A stretch of DNA of 64,000 nucleotides from Octopus sinensis (GCF_006345805.1 NC_043001.1:118854001-118918000); one strand, 5' to 3'; positions 38,435 to 52,524 are shown, numbered from the stretch's first letter. Translations and numbers: made by a program. The notes: a model not told the origin generated them from the letters alone.

Positions 38435-38435
<1 letters not shown>
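38325..38435 (-). repeat. Short repeat embedded in (TATG)n
   Basis: Reverse complement of 56845-56958; (TATG)n on both sides. Confidence 0.8.
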
Positions 38436-38468
<33 letters not shown>

Positions 38469-38607
38469 TGTATGTATGTAGTATGTATGTATGTATGTAT
38501 GTATGTATGTATGCATGCATGTATGTATGTACATCTTCTGATCGAATTTTCCGTGTGTTGACATGTACCTCCTTACGACTATGTAAGCTTCTTTTAATCA
38601 AGATACC

Positions 38608-38697
38608 CTTGGCCTGAAGAGTAGCTTGTGGTATACACCTCGCTTGGGTATTTTCCTTTTCCGAGGTTCTGGTCGCTATGAAACATAAGTATCCCGG
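38608..38697 (+). ncRNA. Hammerhead motif with intact core but weak stem I
   Basis: CTGAAGA (38614) gtagc..acctcg..cgaggt..gctat GAAA c ataa GTA tccc. Confidence 0.52.
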
Positions 38698-39543
38698 ATA
38701 TGATCTTCTCCATTCCTTAACTTCTGTATTTTATTCGCATACCTGACAACCCTGGCTGCCTAACGTGAAATATAAAATAATTTTTTTCAGCTTAGTCTTC
38801 TTCGATACGGAAACAAATCCACAACCTTTCGCTTCAATAAACCACTATTGTTCCTGAAAGTTGTTTTTTTATATTTTCTACGGTTTGCTTGAAGCTCACC
38901 TTCCTACACCTCGATCCTTGGATCTTACACACACACACACACACACGCACACACTCACACACACACGCGCACACTCACATGTTGTGTCCAGGGCTTGTGT
39001 AAAGGACTTGCATTCTCACCAGCAAGAAATGCTTAGGAAGGGCGATTTAAACCTAAACTGTATGACAAACAACCAGTATTTTGAACTCCATGTGTGTTTC
39101 TGTTTGTGTATTGTAATTGCATATTTTGTTATGAAATCTATGTCTGATAACTCGTTACACTTTCGTACGTTTAGTAATGCAAATTATATAATCTAGACTC
39201 ATTGTCAAACCACCCGGGACGTGTAACATTTATACGTGACATCATTAGATTGATGAGAAAGTTCATCATCGTGGAGATGGCCAGCGACTATTCAAGATTA
39301 GGCTGGAGAACCGCCTTATATTGGTGTCTGAAAAGTGGGGAATCAACATAGAATAGAACAAGGGGGGGGGGGGCGGCAGACAGGAGTAAGGATGTTACTG
39401 GAACGTCTGTGAATAAAGATGGAAGGTCATTTTCGGATGAATAGTTTTATTGTTTCATCTTGTTAGATGCATTTCTTTGATATTCGTTATAACTTTGGCA
39501 ATGTGTATATTTTCTCTGTTCAACATTAAACGTACACATATGG

Positions 39544-39639
<96 letters not shown>

Positions 39640-39640
39640 C

Positions 39641-39713
<73 letters not shown>

Positions 39714-39762
39714 ATAACAATACTACACACACACGTGCATATATACATACGCATGTGTATAA

Positions 39763-39819
<57 letters not shown>

Positions 39820-40997
39820 ATCATACACATACACACATAGATGCATAAAAATACACACGTTAATACTGGAAGTAAATCACTGACACAAAGGAACAAAAGA
39901 ATATTATTAACTATTGAAAAAAATAATCCCAAATACCTTGTATTCTCACCTAGTATTTCATGCATTGGTACATCTGACTGTAGATTGACCATTAACTTTC
40001 ATTTTCAAGGTGGATGCCTATTAAGGAGAGTAATTGTATCGTAGAAACATAGCTGTAAGTTCTACACAAGCTATATCTAGACACCGACATGTTGCACATC
40101 GAGGTATTTTTAATAACAGATTATGTAAAGTAACCTCGCTAGCGGAATATATATGGGGTCTAAAATCTAACACTTGGTTTCAGACTACAAAATTGTAGCC
40201 TTGCAAAAGCTCCTGCATAGACAGGATATGAAAAACATTACAGATTTAGCTCAACAGAATATACTTAAAATGCTAGCAAGTAAAGAATTACTCGTAAAAG
40301 AGAGCCCACGATTTCTTTTAAACACAAGATTTTCAAGAATATTTAATATGGAAAGTTTTACCATTGATATCTTGATTCTGCTGAATGACATTTTATACAA
40401 GATTCCCTCCAATTTGCATTGTCTGTATAACTCCACAATTTTTTATTATTAGTTCATCATTTCAGAGTTTCCCACCTTGCTTGTTCTTTTTAAGTTTGGA
40501 GCAGTTGGAGGGAAGGAGTTTCCGTCTACTAATAACACGGATAATTTTAGTTGAATAAAGTTTTTCACTTCACTGCGTCATATACGTGAGATCTTAGCGT
40601 ATTTAAATTTACATGTAGCTTGGCGCCATCAAACCTGAGCAAAAGTTGGCCCCGATATTGTCTACAGTATGATTAATGTACTCAATAAAACGCCAACGAT
40701 GTCTGCAGTCTGATTAATTGTGTCAATAAAACAGAAAAAAAATGTTAAATGTTACAATAAACTGTGTTTCCACTAAGATCTGATTACTGCAACATCTGGC
40801 TAACTTTTAGTCTTCTTTTCATACACGTTCACGTGCTTTTTCTAGTTTTAATTACTTTCTTTGTTTTCATCTTCTTTAATCCTCTTAAATTTTTTTTGTT
40901 TCTTTCCTTCCTCCTTCCTTCCTTCCTCTCTCCCTCCTTCTTTCCCTTTTTTCCTCCACTTCTTTGTATTTTGTCATTCATTCTCTTCTTTTCTTTT

Positions 40998-41104
<107 letters not shown>

Positions 41105-41224
41105 CTCTCTCTCTCTATCTATCTTACTTTCTTCACTCACTTCTTCAATTCATTTATTTCTTCCTCCATTCCTTCATTCCCTTCTTTTTCTTAGCATCTC
41201 TTTGTTTCATTGTTATAATCTTTC

Positions 41225-41580
41225 TGAAATTCCACCAAGGTCGGCTTTGCCTTTAGCCCTTTGTCGGTAAAATAAGTTGTGCACTTGGGTCGATGTAATC
41301 ACTCCGCCAACCAAGTTTTAGGTCTTGTGTCTATAGTATAAAGGACTGTTAAAATCTTTCTAAGGGAGTTGTATTGGTAGAATTGTAAGTGCTTTGGAAA
41401 ATGTTTTGCAGTGTTTATTCCAACATAGCTTCTGAGTTCAAATCTCGCTAAGGTCAACTTAGCTTCCTATTCTTTCCAGGTTAAGAAAATAAAGTACCAG
41501 CCAAGTATTAGAATCGATGTTATCAACGAAAATACGAAAAAATACTCCCTTCAAAACAAATGATCCTGTGTTTAAATCAG
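41225..41580 (+). mobile_element. Degenerate S1 SINE copies
   Basis: gagttcaaatctcgct.aggtcaact, agtaccag, tcgatgt motifs. Confidence 0.65.
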
Positions 41581-42179
41581 AAACTATAACTACAGACTTT
41601 CTAAGGTTGCTGGATAAGTAGAAGACAGAATATTTAAAACGTTGGAAAAAGTAATTCTTTTACGATGCTTCTTGCAGCTCTTACACTCTGCGCTCAAATC
41701 CAAACTGGGTCAACTTTCCTTTAACTTACCACTATTGATAAATTAAAGTATTTCCACTTCTTAAACTGCAGGTCTCTGGTTATATTAGTAACTGTCATTA
41801 TAATCTTTCTATAGGTCCTTCCTTCGTTTTTTTTTACGCTATTTATCTCGTTGATATCTTTCCTTTCGTCAAATCGCTTTGTTTGTTTTCTATGATTTTC
41901 CTTGATTCTTTCTTTCATTAATTCTTTGTTTTGTCATTTCTTTTTCTTTTTCACTTGATAAGATCTGTACCTTTTTATTTCTTTCCCTTTCTTCGAAGCA
42001 TATTGAAGATTGCACTCTTATGTATATTTTGGTTTCTGTGACATTTGCCACACTTCTGTACAGGATTCACTGCTATCTGTATGCATATATATTTTGCTTC
42101 TGCATGGTTGACTATAAATTGACAACAACTGTATGAAAACAATGAAAGTAAATGTCAGGCTACTTAATAATAACAGTCT

Positions 42180-42975
42180 CAAAGGCAGCGAGCTCGCAGA
42201 AATGCGTAGCCGTATTTCGTCTGCTGTTACGTTCTGAGTTCAAATTCCGCCGAGGTCGACTTTGCCTTTCATCCTTTCGGGGTCGATAAATTAAGTACCA
42301 GTTACGCATTAGGGTCGATCTAATCAACTTAATCCCTTTGTCTGTCCTTGTTTGTCTCCTCTGTGTTTAGCCCCTTGTGGGTAGTAAAGAAATAGAAATA
42401 GGTATTTCGTCTGCCGCTACGTTCTGAGTTCAAATTCAGCAGAGGTCGACTTTACCTTTTATCCTTTCGAGGTCGATTAAATAAGTACCAGTTATGCACT
42501 GGCGTCGATATAATCAACTTAATCCGTTTGTCTGCCCTTGTTTGTCCCCTCTGTGTGTAACCCCTTGCGGGCGGTAAAGAAATAAAAAACGTTAGCACGC
42601 CGGGCTAAATGCTTAGTGGTATTTCGTCTGTCTTTACGTTCTGAGTTCAAATTCTGCCGAGGTCGACTTTGCCTTTCATCCTTTTGGGGTCGATAAATTA
42701 AGTGCCAGTTGCGTACTGGGGTCGATCTAATCGACTGGCTCCCTTTCGGGCCTTGTGCCTAGAATAGAAAAGAATATTAACAGTCTCAAATTTTGGCACA
42801 AGACCAGTATATTTAGTGGGAGTGGGCAAGTCGATTACATCAGCAGGTGCTTATTTTATCGACCCCGAAAGGATGAAAAGCAAAGTCAACCGCGATGGCA
42901 TTTGAATTCAGAACGTAAAGTCGGAAGTAACGCTGCTAAGCATTTTGTCTGGCGTGCTAACAATTCTGCAAGTTG
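42180..42975. mobile_element. Cluster of three tandem S1 SINEs (+) and one inverted copy (about 42790-42975, -)
   Basis: Core gttctgagttcaaatt..gaggtcgacttt three times, then its reverse complement. Confidence 0.88.
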
Positions 42976-43477
42976 GTCCCAACATATTTTATATAAGGAA
43001 TAAAGAAATGTTCAATTACTTCAAGTTACTTTTGTAGTGAGGGAGAGGCAATAAAAACTTAGTGTCTAAATGTTGATCGGATCAGGTGAGGGCAAAGGGC
43101 GACACCTCTGGAATTTTATTTAATTAAAGATCAAATTACGAATTTAATGGGGAAATGAATACCGCGTGGGGACTAAAACATACTGAATCTGTTAGCTGAC
43201 AAGCACTGTGGCTAAATTCAGAAATGTCTGGTCATATTAGACCTACCTAACGAAGAATATATAGTTTTCCAGTACTTGCTCTTTCCTGTAATTGCTATAT
43301 ATTTGCACCTGTAAATTACCTTTGCAAAAAGTAATTTTAATTAACTGAAAACCCTTTTATGCTCATTACATTATGTAAGTTACGATTCACTTAAATGTTA
43401 CTTCATGCAGATGACAACGCTTATATTTTATTATTTTAAATACTCGCTACAAGAGTACTATGTCATTATATCTTTTA

Positions 43478-43703
43478 TCTTCTACTTGTTTCAGTCATAT
43501 TACTGCAGCCATTCTGGGGCACCGCCTTGAATAGTTTTAGTCGAATAAATCGACACCAGGGCTTATTTTTTGAAGCCTCGTACTTATTTTATCGGTTTCT
43601 ATACCGAACCATTAAGTTACGGGGACGTAAACACACCAACACCGTTTGTCAAGCGGTAGTGGGGACAACAAAAACAGAGTCAAAGACACACACACGTGTG
43701 TGC

Positions 43704-43778
<75 letters not shown>

Positions 43779-43915
43779 GATGGGCTTCTTTAATTTTCCG
43801 TAAACCAAATCTACTCAAATCCGAAGCTATAGCAGAAGATACTTGCCCAAGGTGCCACGCAGTGACACTGAACCTGCAACCGTGTGGTTGAGAATCAAGC
43901 TTCTTACCACACGGT
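43478..43915 (-). mobile_element. SINE family S2
   Basis: Same blocks as 19133-19531. Confidence 0.85.
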
Positions 43916-43945
43916 TACGATATATACACCCACCACACACACATA

Positions 43946-44160
43946 CGAGGAGTACTGAAAAGTTCCCGGCTTTGGGTAAAAGAAAATACAGGAGGATCAG
44001 TTAATTATGATTTTACTCAACATATTCCCTTCTCAGATTCACACACTTATTGCAGCAGACCTTCAGTTTTTGTAAACCCTGTAAAAGAACTGGGAAGGAT
44101 GGGCCTCCAACCAGGCCTTTCGTAATACCATTAAAGTCAGGAAATTTTCAGTACACCCAC
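43946..44160 (-). mobile_element. Mariner-derived MITE retaining the transposase C-terminus
   Basis: TA|cgaggagtactgaaaagttcccggcttt ... aaagtcaggaaattttcagtac; minus strand reads WLEAHPSQFF and CNKCVNLRREYVE*. Confidence 0.75.
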
Positions 44161-44180
44161 CTTGTGTATGTACCTACACA

Positions 44181-44211
<31 letters not shown>

Positions 44212-44503
44212 CACGCAAACATTAATTATCAGCTACGGAAGGAGTGAGTATGAATACCAAAAGTTAATCTTTATATTCAACTTAACATGGATGACTTTTT
44301 AAAACATCGAATGCATGTATGAGTATGAGAGTGTGTGCGTACACATACATGCTCTCACTTTTCTTCTATATATCAAACCTGAGTGAGAACTTCAGCTCGA
44401 AATGATAAAAAAACATTTTCATTTCATTCGCTCACTTAGCGTCACACTAATTATGATTATTTTCACTTTGCTTTTTCTGGTGTTATGTTCATCTTAAATT
44501 ATG

Positions 44504-44546
<43 letters not shown>

Positions 44547-45741
44547 TATATATATATATAGATATAATATATATATATATTATGTATATATATAAAACAA
44601 GACATAAAATAATGATAAATACATATTTTTCTTTATGTAGTAAGTTGACTTACAACTGTTTCTAGAAGTCATTAAAGTTCATTGTTGATACGTTATAACC
44701 AGAAATGAATCTGACGAAAGTAGCATTAATTTTTTAGGTCGATCAATTTTTCTCGACCGTTCAATGGATCGATTGAGTAAACCTATCAGTAACTGGAAAC
44801 AGCTGCAAGTCAAACTTACTACAGTAAAGAAAAATATGTAATGACCATTATTTATGCCTTGTCTTGTATACGACTCTGTGTGAAAACCAGTATAAGTGGA
44901 GCACAAACATGAATTTACCGTATAGAATGGTAATAAACTATAAGCCCGGACCCTACCACAAAAATACGCGCAGTTCTTTATGTACCGAAACAATATCGTT
45001 CGCTTGGTGTGCTAACAGGGTTTTAAAGGTAGTTTGCACGGATTGATAATTCCCCACTAATAACTATGTTTCATTGTGTGTGTGTGTGTATACACACATA
45101 TACATACATATATATATGCATACATACACACACGCCTATGTGCGCTGTGTGCGCGCGTGTTAGCGGTACATAAAACATACCAAAGTGAATAATTTTTAAA
45201 ATTATCGTCATAGCACGAAGGCATCACTTCCAAAGGTACAGCGAGACAATATAATGCTGTGAATCTCAGAAGCAAAACGATAATACCATAATTTGAAACC
45301 CTCAAAGGAAGAACATTTATAGGCATTCATGTTACGACACATCTGTATTGCCATGTTATTGAAGTTAGGTTTTATTTAAGTTTATAAGAGACACATGAAT
45401 AAAGTGCTTAATTCTACTTCCTATATTTCGCAATAATTAAATGCTTACCACGTGCGCCTAGACCAAAGCCAAAATATTTGCCTTCACACGTTTCATCTGT
45501 GTATTTACGTATGTGTGGTGTGTGTGTATATATATATATATATTATATATATATAATAGAATATATATATATATATATATATATAGGTATAATATATATG
45601 TATTATATATAGATATATATTATATATAGATATATAATACTATATATATATTATTATATGTATATATATGTATCTATATATTATATATATATATATATAT
45701 ATAATATATTATATATATATACTATATATATGATACATATA

Positions 45742-45774
<33 letters not shown>

Positions 45775-45824
45775 GATATATATATATATATATTATATTA
45801 TATAGATATGTATATATATATATA

Positions 45825-45868
<44 letters not shown>

Positions 45869-45874
45869 TATGTA

Positions 45875-45917
<43 letters not shown>

Positions 45918-45979
45918 ATATATATATATTATTTAGATATGTATCTATATAATATATATATATATATATAATATATATC

Positions 45980-46017
<38 letters not shown>

Positions 46018-46018
<1 letters not shown>

Positions 46019-46340
46019 AGGTCTGAAGGTGCGTGGTATAGTGTTTCGTGTATTCGGTTCACAATCGCAAGATCGTGAGTTCGATTCCCGGTAGCGTGCT
46101 GTGTCTTTGAACAAGACACTTTATTTCGTGTTGTTCCATCCTGCTCAGCTGGCAAAAATGAATAGTACCTTTATTTCAAAGGGCCAGCCTTGTCACATTC
46201 TATGTCACGTTGAATCTCTCTAGGAGATACGTTAGAGGCACGCGTGTCAGCGGAGCCCTCAGCCACTGGCACGTTAATTTCACCAGCGGGTTGTTTCATT
46301 GATCGAATCAATTGGAACCCTCGTCATCGTAACCGCCTCT
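46018..46340 (+). mobile_element. tRNA-derived SINE, family S4
   Basis: gcgtggtatagtg A-box-like, gagttcgattccc B-box, tgtgtctttgaacaagacacttt core. Confidence 0.65.
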
Positions 46341-46846
46341 GTCTGTCTGTCTGTCTCTGTCTGTCTGTCTGGAGGCTGTTTACCTTGAGAGGCGGAGTGA
46401 AGTCACGCGACCTGGCCCATCCAGTGGCTTTAACAGCCGCTTTTCGTTTGTCAACGATATAGTTACGTGTGCTTTTATGCAGCTCTTTGTCCTTACGAGA
46501 GATCCTCTCAAGGTATATAATGCAGGAGGATGTGACAGAATATAGATTATACCACAACCGCCACATTTAGGTGGAGATCAAGATTACATTTTGATATTAA
46601 TACTACAACTGTCGCTATCAATTATTATATATATAGAGGCGTGACTTGTGGTTTCCAACCACATGATTCTGCGTTCAATCCTCTTGCGTGGCTCCTTGGG
46701 CGAGTGTCTTCTCTAATGAAGGAAGTAACGTTAAGTGTTCATCCGATGAGAGAACACGTGTTTAATCGGAAAGACTTTCGTTGTAGTGTCATCAACGCGA
46801 TGTGAGCGTACCATACATACATACATACATACATACATACATACAT

Positions 46847-46877
<31 letters not shown>

Positions 46878-47129
46878 TACACACACACACACATACATAC
46901 ATACATGCATACATGGTGGCTGCCCCTCGTTATCGAGTATGGCCATTGCACGAAGCTTAATCAATGTTGTTATCGTGCAATGCCTGTGCAAGAAGATTTA
47001 TTTTAAAGTGAGGAAAGGCTGTGCACTGAGTCAATCCCACTCACTAAGCAACAGCAGCCATAATCCGAGAACAAGAACAGGTCAACATCGGTAACCACTG
47101 AGCCGCAGGTTTTATGTCGGAGTTATTCC

Positions 47130-47466
47130 AGTTACCTGAGTTACCTTCTCCTAGAAGGATGCCCTAATAAGGGCTAGGAGTCCATCACTACTATGGTTTA
47201 ACCGCGCGATCGGGTAATCAGTCCGATTATTTCTATGTCCCCGCGCATGATACAGCCTTAAGACATTTATTGGATGGCTGTTGACTCTCAAGAGTTTCTC
47301 CTCCCTTTGAAGGGTTTTGTTTTTCATCCCGCAGGGTGTCCAATAAACACCCTCCTCACCAAGCAAGCTTGGTGGGGTTGCCGGTTTAGTCGCCGACGAC
47401 CCGACCATGCAACAGGTTGTACTAGGTTACATGTTAACAGTAGCACTCGAAAGTGACCTGACATAA

Positions 47467-47470
<4 letters not shown>
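47130..47470 (+). repeat. Unclassified GC-richer dispersed repeat ending in (CATA)n
   Basis: Composition shift and simple-repeat tail; family not identified. Confidence 0.35.
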
Positions 47471-47497
<27 letters not shown>

Positions 47498-47610
47498 AAC
47501 TCACACACACACACACACACATATTTATTTATTTATTTATTTATTTATGTATTTATTTATAAACAAGCATTGAAGCGTCGAGTGGTCGGTATTTTTCAGA
47601 CATGAAAACT

Positions 47611-47825
47611 TCTAGAACGCAGGAGAATGGCTGTGAAAGCAGCTTAGAAGATCGGGTGAAAATAACTTGGAATATCGGGTAAAAATACCCTTATAAGACG
47701 GGGAAAAAGTGGCCAGCAAGACGCTACTGAGAACCGAACCCTGTACCTGAAATTCAGCTTTCTTATAAGGGTATTTTTACCTGGCATTCTAAGCTGTTTT
47801 CACAGCCATTCACCTGCGTTCTAGA
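47611..47825. mobile_element. MITE with long TIRs
   Basis: tctagaacgcaggagaatggctgtgaaagcagcttagaa..ggtaaaaatacccttataaga vs its near-perfect reverse complement at 47761-47825; possible TA TSD. Confidence 0.82.
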
Positions 47826-47857
47826 TTTCTTGAAATCAAAAAAAAAAAATACATAGT

Positions 47858-48273
47858 CGCAGGAGTGGCTGTGTGGATAGACGCAGGTAACCCACATGGT
47901 TCCGGGTTCAGTCCCTCTGCGTGGCACCTTGGGCAAGTGTCTTCTACTATAGCCTCGGGCCGACCAAAGCCTTGTGAGTGGATTTGGTAGACAGAAACTG
48001 AAAGAAGCCCGTCGTATATATGTATATTTTATATATATATATATATATGTGTACGTGTGTGTATACGTTTGTGTGTCTGTGTTTAATCCCCCCCCCGCAT
48101 CGCTTGACAACCGATGCTGGTGTGTTTACGTCCCCGTAACTTAGCAGTTCAGCAAAAGTCACCGATAGAGTAAGTACTAGGCTTACAAAAAATAAGTCCT
48201 GGGGTCGATTTGCTCGATTAAAAGGCGGTGCTCCAGCATGGCCACTGTCAAATGACTGAAACAAGTAAAAGAG
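47858..48273 (+). mobile_element. SINE family S2
   Basis: Head cgcaggagtggctgtgtgg through tail tgactgaaacaagtaaaagag. Confidence 0.9.
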
Positions 48274-48389
48274 TTCTATACATATAACACACAAACTCGC
48301 GCGTGCAACATATGTATATATTCCATTTATTTACTCAACTGAGTCCTACTGATTCGTTATTCATCATCATCATCATCGTCATCGTCATC

Positions 48390-48439
<50 letters not shown>

Positions 48440-48443
<4 letters not shown>

Positions 48444-51400
48444 TAGTTTTATTTTTATAGCGTGTTTTCACTTCACTACCGAGCGCAGCTCTGTGTGCCT
48501 TGGGTATGTGCTGTGATTTGTTGTGATGCTCTGATGGTTATTGTATGGAAAGTGTTCTGCGTAGGATGTGTGCAGTGCCTAGTAGTGCAATTTTCTGTAT
48601 GTTATATGTGTTTGTAAGTCCTGGTGTTTTTGTTATATATTTGTCTGAATATTTTTTTATCATGCCTAATGCACCTACTATGATAGGAATTGTTTCTGTT
48701 TTCAGATTCCACATTCTAGTTACCTCTACTACTACAGTCTTTGTATTTTGAGAGTTTCTCCATTTCTTTTAGAGACACGTTGTCATCTGCCGGTATTGAT
48801 ACATCAATTAGAAAGCAGTTTTTTTCTTCATGATCTCTGACAACTATATCTGGTCTGTTGGCCTTAATTTCTCTATCTGTGTGTATCGGCATATCCCAGA
48901 GTATGGTTGCTTTCTCGTTTTCTGTGACCTTTTCTGGTGTGTGCCTATACCATCTTTTTTCTGTTGTTATTCCATAATGTTGGCATAGCTTCCAATGTAT
49001 GTAGGTTCCAACTCTGTCATGTCTGTGAATATATTCCTTCTTAGCCAGGACTGGGCAGCTAGAGATAATATGATTTATTGTTTCTTGTCCATCTCCACAT
49101 ATTCTGCAGTTACTTGTAATATTTCTTTTCATTACATGTTTTTGGTAATTTCTTGTGGGGAGGCTTTGGTCTTGTGCTGCAATTAAAAATCCCTCTGTTT
49201 CTGCTTTGAGTCCTGAGCTTCTCAACCATTGCTAGGATTTTTCTTTGTCTATTTTTTTTGCGTTAGTTTAGTCCAGTATTTACCATGAAGGGGCTTTTCT
49301 TGCCATCGTTTTATCATGGTTCGTTGCTGTTCTATTTTTAGTTTGGATTTCATTTTTTTTATAGCTTTTGTTGTTCTTCATCTTCTTCTTCTTCTTCATG
49401 TTTATTAGGTGGTATGATTTCTTGTTTGTATTTGTCAGCTTCCTTAAATACTGAGAACAGTTTTTTGTTTTGCTCGTGTTTTGCCGCTATCTGGATCAGT
49501 TTTCCTTCCTTCTGAAGTAGATATTTTTGCAGTCCTATGGTGGTTATTTTATAGTAGTTTTCCAGCTGTATAAGGCCTCTACCACCTTCTATACGTTGTA
49601 TATATAGTCCTTTCTATGTCAGATTTTGGGTGATGCATCCTAGATCCTGTCATTATTTTTCTTGTTTTCCTATCTATTTTGGTCAGTTCATTCGTGTCCA
49701 GTTAAGGATATTGTAGCTGTAACTTATAACTGGGACAGCTAAAGTGTTGATACCTATTATCTTGTTTTTAGCATTGAGCTCTGTGTTTAGTATTGATCTA
49801 ACTCGTCTATAATATTCTTTTTTTATTTTCTCTTTCATTTGTGTGTGTTTGTCTTATCTAGTTCATGGATTCCTAAGTATTTGTAAGTTTGGCTTTGGTC
49901 TAATTCTTTTATTTCATTGGTTTTATCTAGTGTGATGTTGTTACTCTTAACTAGTTTTCCTCTTTTCAGGGTTACTACTTGGCGCATTTTTCTAATCCAA
50001 ATTTCATATCTATTTCTTTGGTAAATCCATGAACTGTCTTTAATAGTGTTTCCAGCTGTTTGTCATTTGCAGCGTATAGTTTTAGGTCATCCATATATAA
50101 AAGGTGGCTGATCGTTTTGCCGTAACATTTATATCCGCATCCAGTTCTATTTAGCATATCAGATAGAGGTGACAGTGCCAAGCAGAAAAGAGTGGAGGAG
50201 AGCGTGTCTCCCTGGAATATTCCTCTTCTAATGGGGATGTCTTTGGTTTTCATGAGTCCCTCTTTTGTTTGGAGGTGTAGGACTGTTTGCCATTTATTCA
50301 TAGAGTGCTCTATGAATTTTATGATTGTTGGTGCTACTTTGTTAATGGCTAGTGTTTCGAGGATCCATGTGTGGGTGATGCTATCAAACGCCTTTTTGTA
50401 GTCAATCCAGGCCATACTGAGGCCTTTCTTCTTTCTGTGGCTGTCTTCAGTTATGGCTTATTAATCATTAGTTGATCTTTACAGCCATATGAGCCTTTGC
50501 GGCATCCTTTCTGCTCTTCTGGGAACAGTTTTTTTCGTCCAGGTGCTTGTTCAGCCTTTGTGATATCACTGCAGTAAATGCTTGAACATAGTAGGGAGGC
50601 AGTTTATTGGTCTGTAGTTTTGGGTTTCTGTTTCATTTGATTTGGGAATTAAGATGGTTTTCCCCTCGTGAGCCATTCAGGCATTGTCTCTGGCTCTGCT
50701 AGTATTTGTTAAAGTTTTCAGCCAGCTTTTTGCATTCCTGTTAGATATTTCAACAGAAGTTGGGGATCTTGTCATGCCCAGGTGCCTTCCAGTTGCTTAG
50801 TCTTTGCAGTGCCTGGGTGACCTCTTCAGTTGTTATGGGGGTCCAAAGTTGTTCTGATGCCGAGTTTGTTATTTTGATACTCCTTTTTTTTGGTGGTTCG
50901 TTCGCCGACCATATTTCTCCCAGAATTCTTCCAATTCTTCTGCGTTGGTGCTGCAGTGACTTCTATTTTTTTTTGCCCAGTTCTTGGTAGAACTTTTTGG
51001 GTTGGAGTTGAACTTTTTGTTTTCTTCAAAGAAGCGTTGGCGTTTCTTGTACCGGCGGATCCTTTGTGCTTTGGCAAGGATATCTTGCTTCAGGTTTTTC
51101 TTTTATTTCAGGCAAATCTTTCTCTGTGATGTTATATTTGCGGAGTATTTTTGTTCTCTTTTTGTTCTCAGTAGCGTTGATTGTTTGCTGATTTCATTAA
51201 GAATCGACAGGTCTTTTCTAATTATTTTTATTTTGCTTTGGATGTTATTTATCCACAGGGTTTGTTTGGGTGGTGGTACTCCTGTTTGGGCGGGGTTGGG
51301 TGAGTATCCAGCTTCTTTTGTGGCTGCAGTGGCTGCTGCGTATATTAGGTTATTTAGCTCAGTGATATCACTTTTTTTTGATTCAGTGGCTATCAGTTCA

Positions 51401-52376
51401 GTGACGGCTAGGTTTATGCTGTTTATAATAGGTGTGTTGTTATTCGTTTATTTGATTCTTAGGAGGTATGGTCGTGGTCCATTTTGAGCTCTGTGGTTTT
51501 CAATTCTTTGATTATTTTATTTTTATATTATCATAATCATTAGGCTCCCCTTCGTTGTTTACATCGTGTTTGTTGGGAATGTTGCGTTTGTCTTCGTGTT
51601 TTACAGTTTCAGTGTTTATATATTGGCATTGTTGTGTGGCTTCTATCTACATTTTCCTGGTGTATGTTTTCTTTTAGGTGTTCTATTTCTATTTCTGATA
51701 TTTTTTTTGTGTTGAGAATGTATCTTCGTACGTTAGCTAATTTATTAGGGTTCATTCCTGTATCCAAGTCTATATCTCTATTATTTTCCTTCCATATTTT
51801 ATATGTATGTGTTGTTGTATTTTCATTTTTCGGGTTGAGTACTGCTGTGAAGTATGCGTGTAAGATAGAAATGTATTCCTCACGTGTCCATTTACGTCTT
51901 TTGGGTTTTATTTGCGGGACATGAGGTACAACGTCCGGCCCATTATTTTGACGGTCGTCATTTTCGTAGGGTACCGGTCCGTTTATTTCTGTTGTCACAT
52001 TATTTCGCACGTGTAGTTTTTCGTACATTTTTTGTTGTAGGTTTAATGTACGTACCGCTCGATTGTTATTCTTGGGTTGAATAGTATCGGTGGCATTTAA
52101 TTTCTTCGTAGTTCCTTTGTACATGGTGTTTGGGGTCGGGGATGATCGTGATGTTCCACGCATGTTTACATGTGTTGCGTTAGAGGTGGAGATGATATCG
52201 AGTCAAAATACATCATTTCGTTTCGAAAATAGTAATAAATTCCAATTAGCATTACTTACTCGGTTACAGTCCAATTCTTTGTTAGTAAAACTTTGGCTCC
52301 ATAGGATGTCCTTGTTTTCGATGTTTGTGGATAGATTTCGGAGCTCTGAATTTTCCTTCTTACATCTTAAACGTCC

Positions 52377-52378
<2 letters not shown>
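48440..52378 (-). mobile_element. Near full-length R4/Dong-type retrotransposon between (TAA)n arrays
   Basis: 5' UTR, N-terminal KRRKWTREEY block, RT (WIDYKKAFDS, GIFQGDTLS, HLLYMDD), CCHC finger, RPD..D..K nuclease, 3' UTR; both ends abut (TAA)n. Confidence 0.96.
48538..52163 (-). pseudogene. Single polyprotein ORF (about 1200 codons) broken by small indels
   Basis: Track ORFs 51609-52163, 50826-51077, 49975-50415 and 48716-49225 are consecutive pieces; stop TAA at plus 48538-48540. Confidence 0.85.
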
Positions 52379-52426
<48 letters not shown>

Positions 52427-52458
52427 ATTATTATCATTATTATTATTATTATTATTAC

Positions 52459-52524
<66 letters not shown>

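Noticed and set aside
39225-39460. Possible solo LTR (TGTAAC...AATAAA...CA)
   Set aside because: No matching TSD or terminal inverted repeat.
44770-44820. gaaacagctgcaag, similar to the 19541 motif
   Set aside because: No CUGANGA-like core upstream.
52300-52378. HDV-like ribozyme at the 5' end of the full-length R4/Dong copy
   Set aside because: I could not assemble P1-P4 by eye; a descriptor search is needed.
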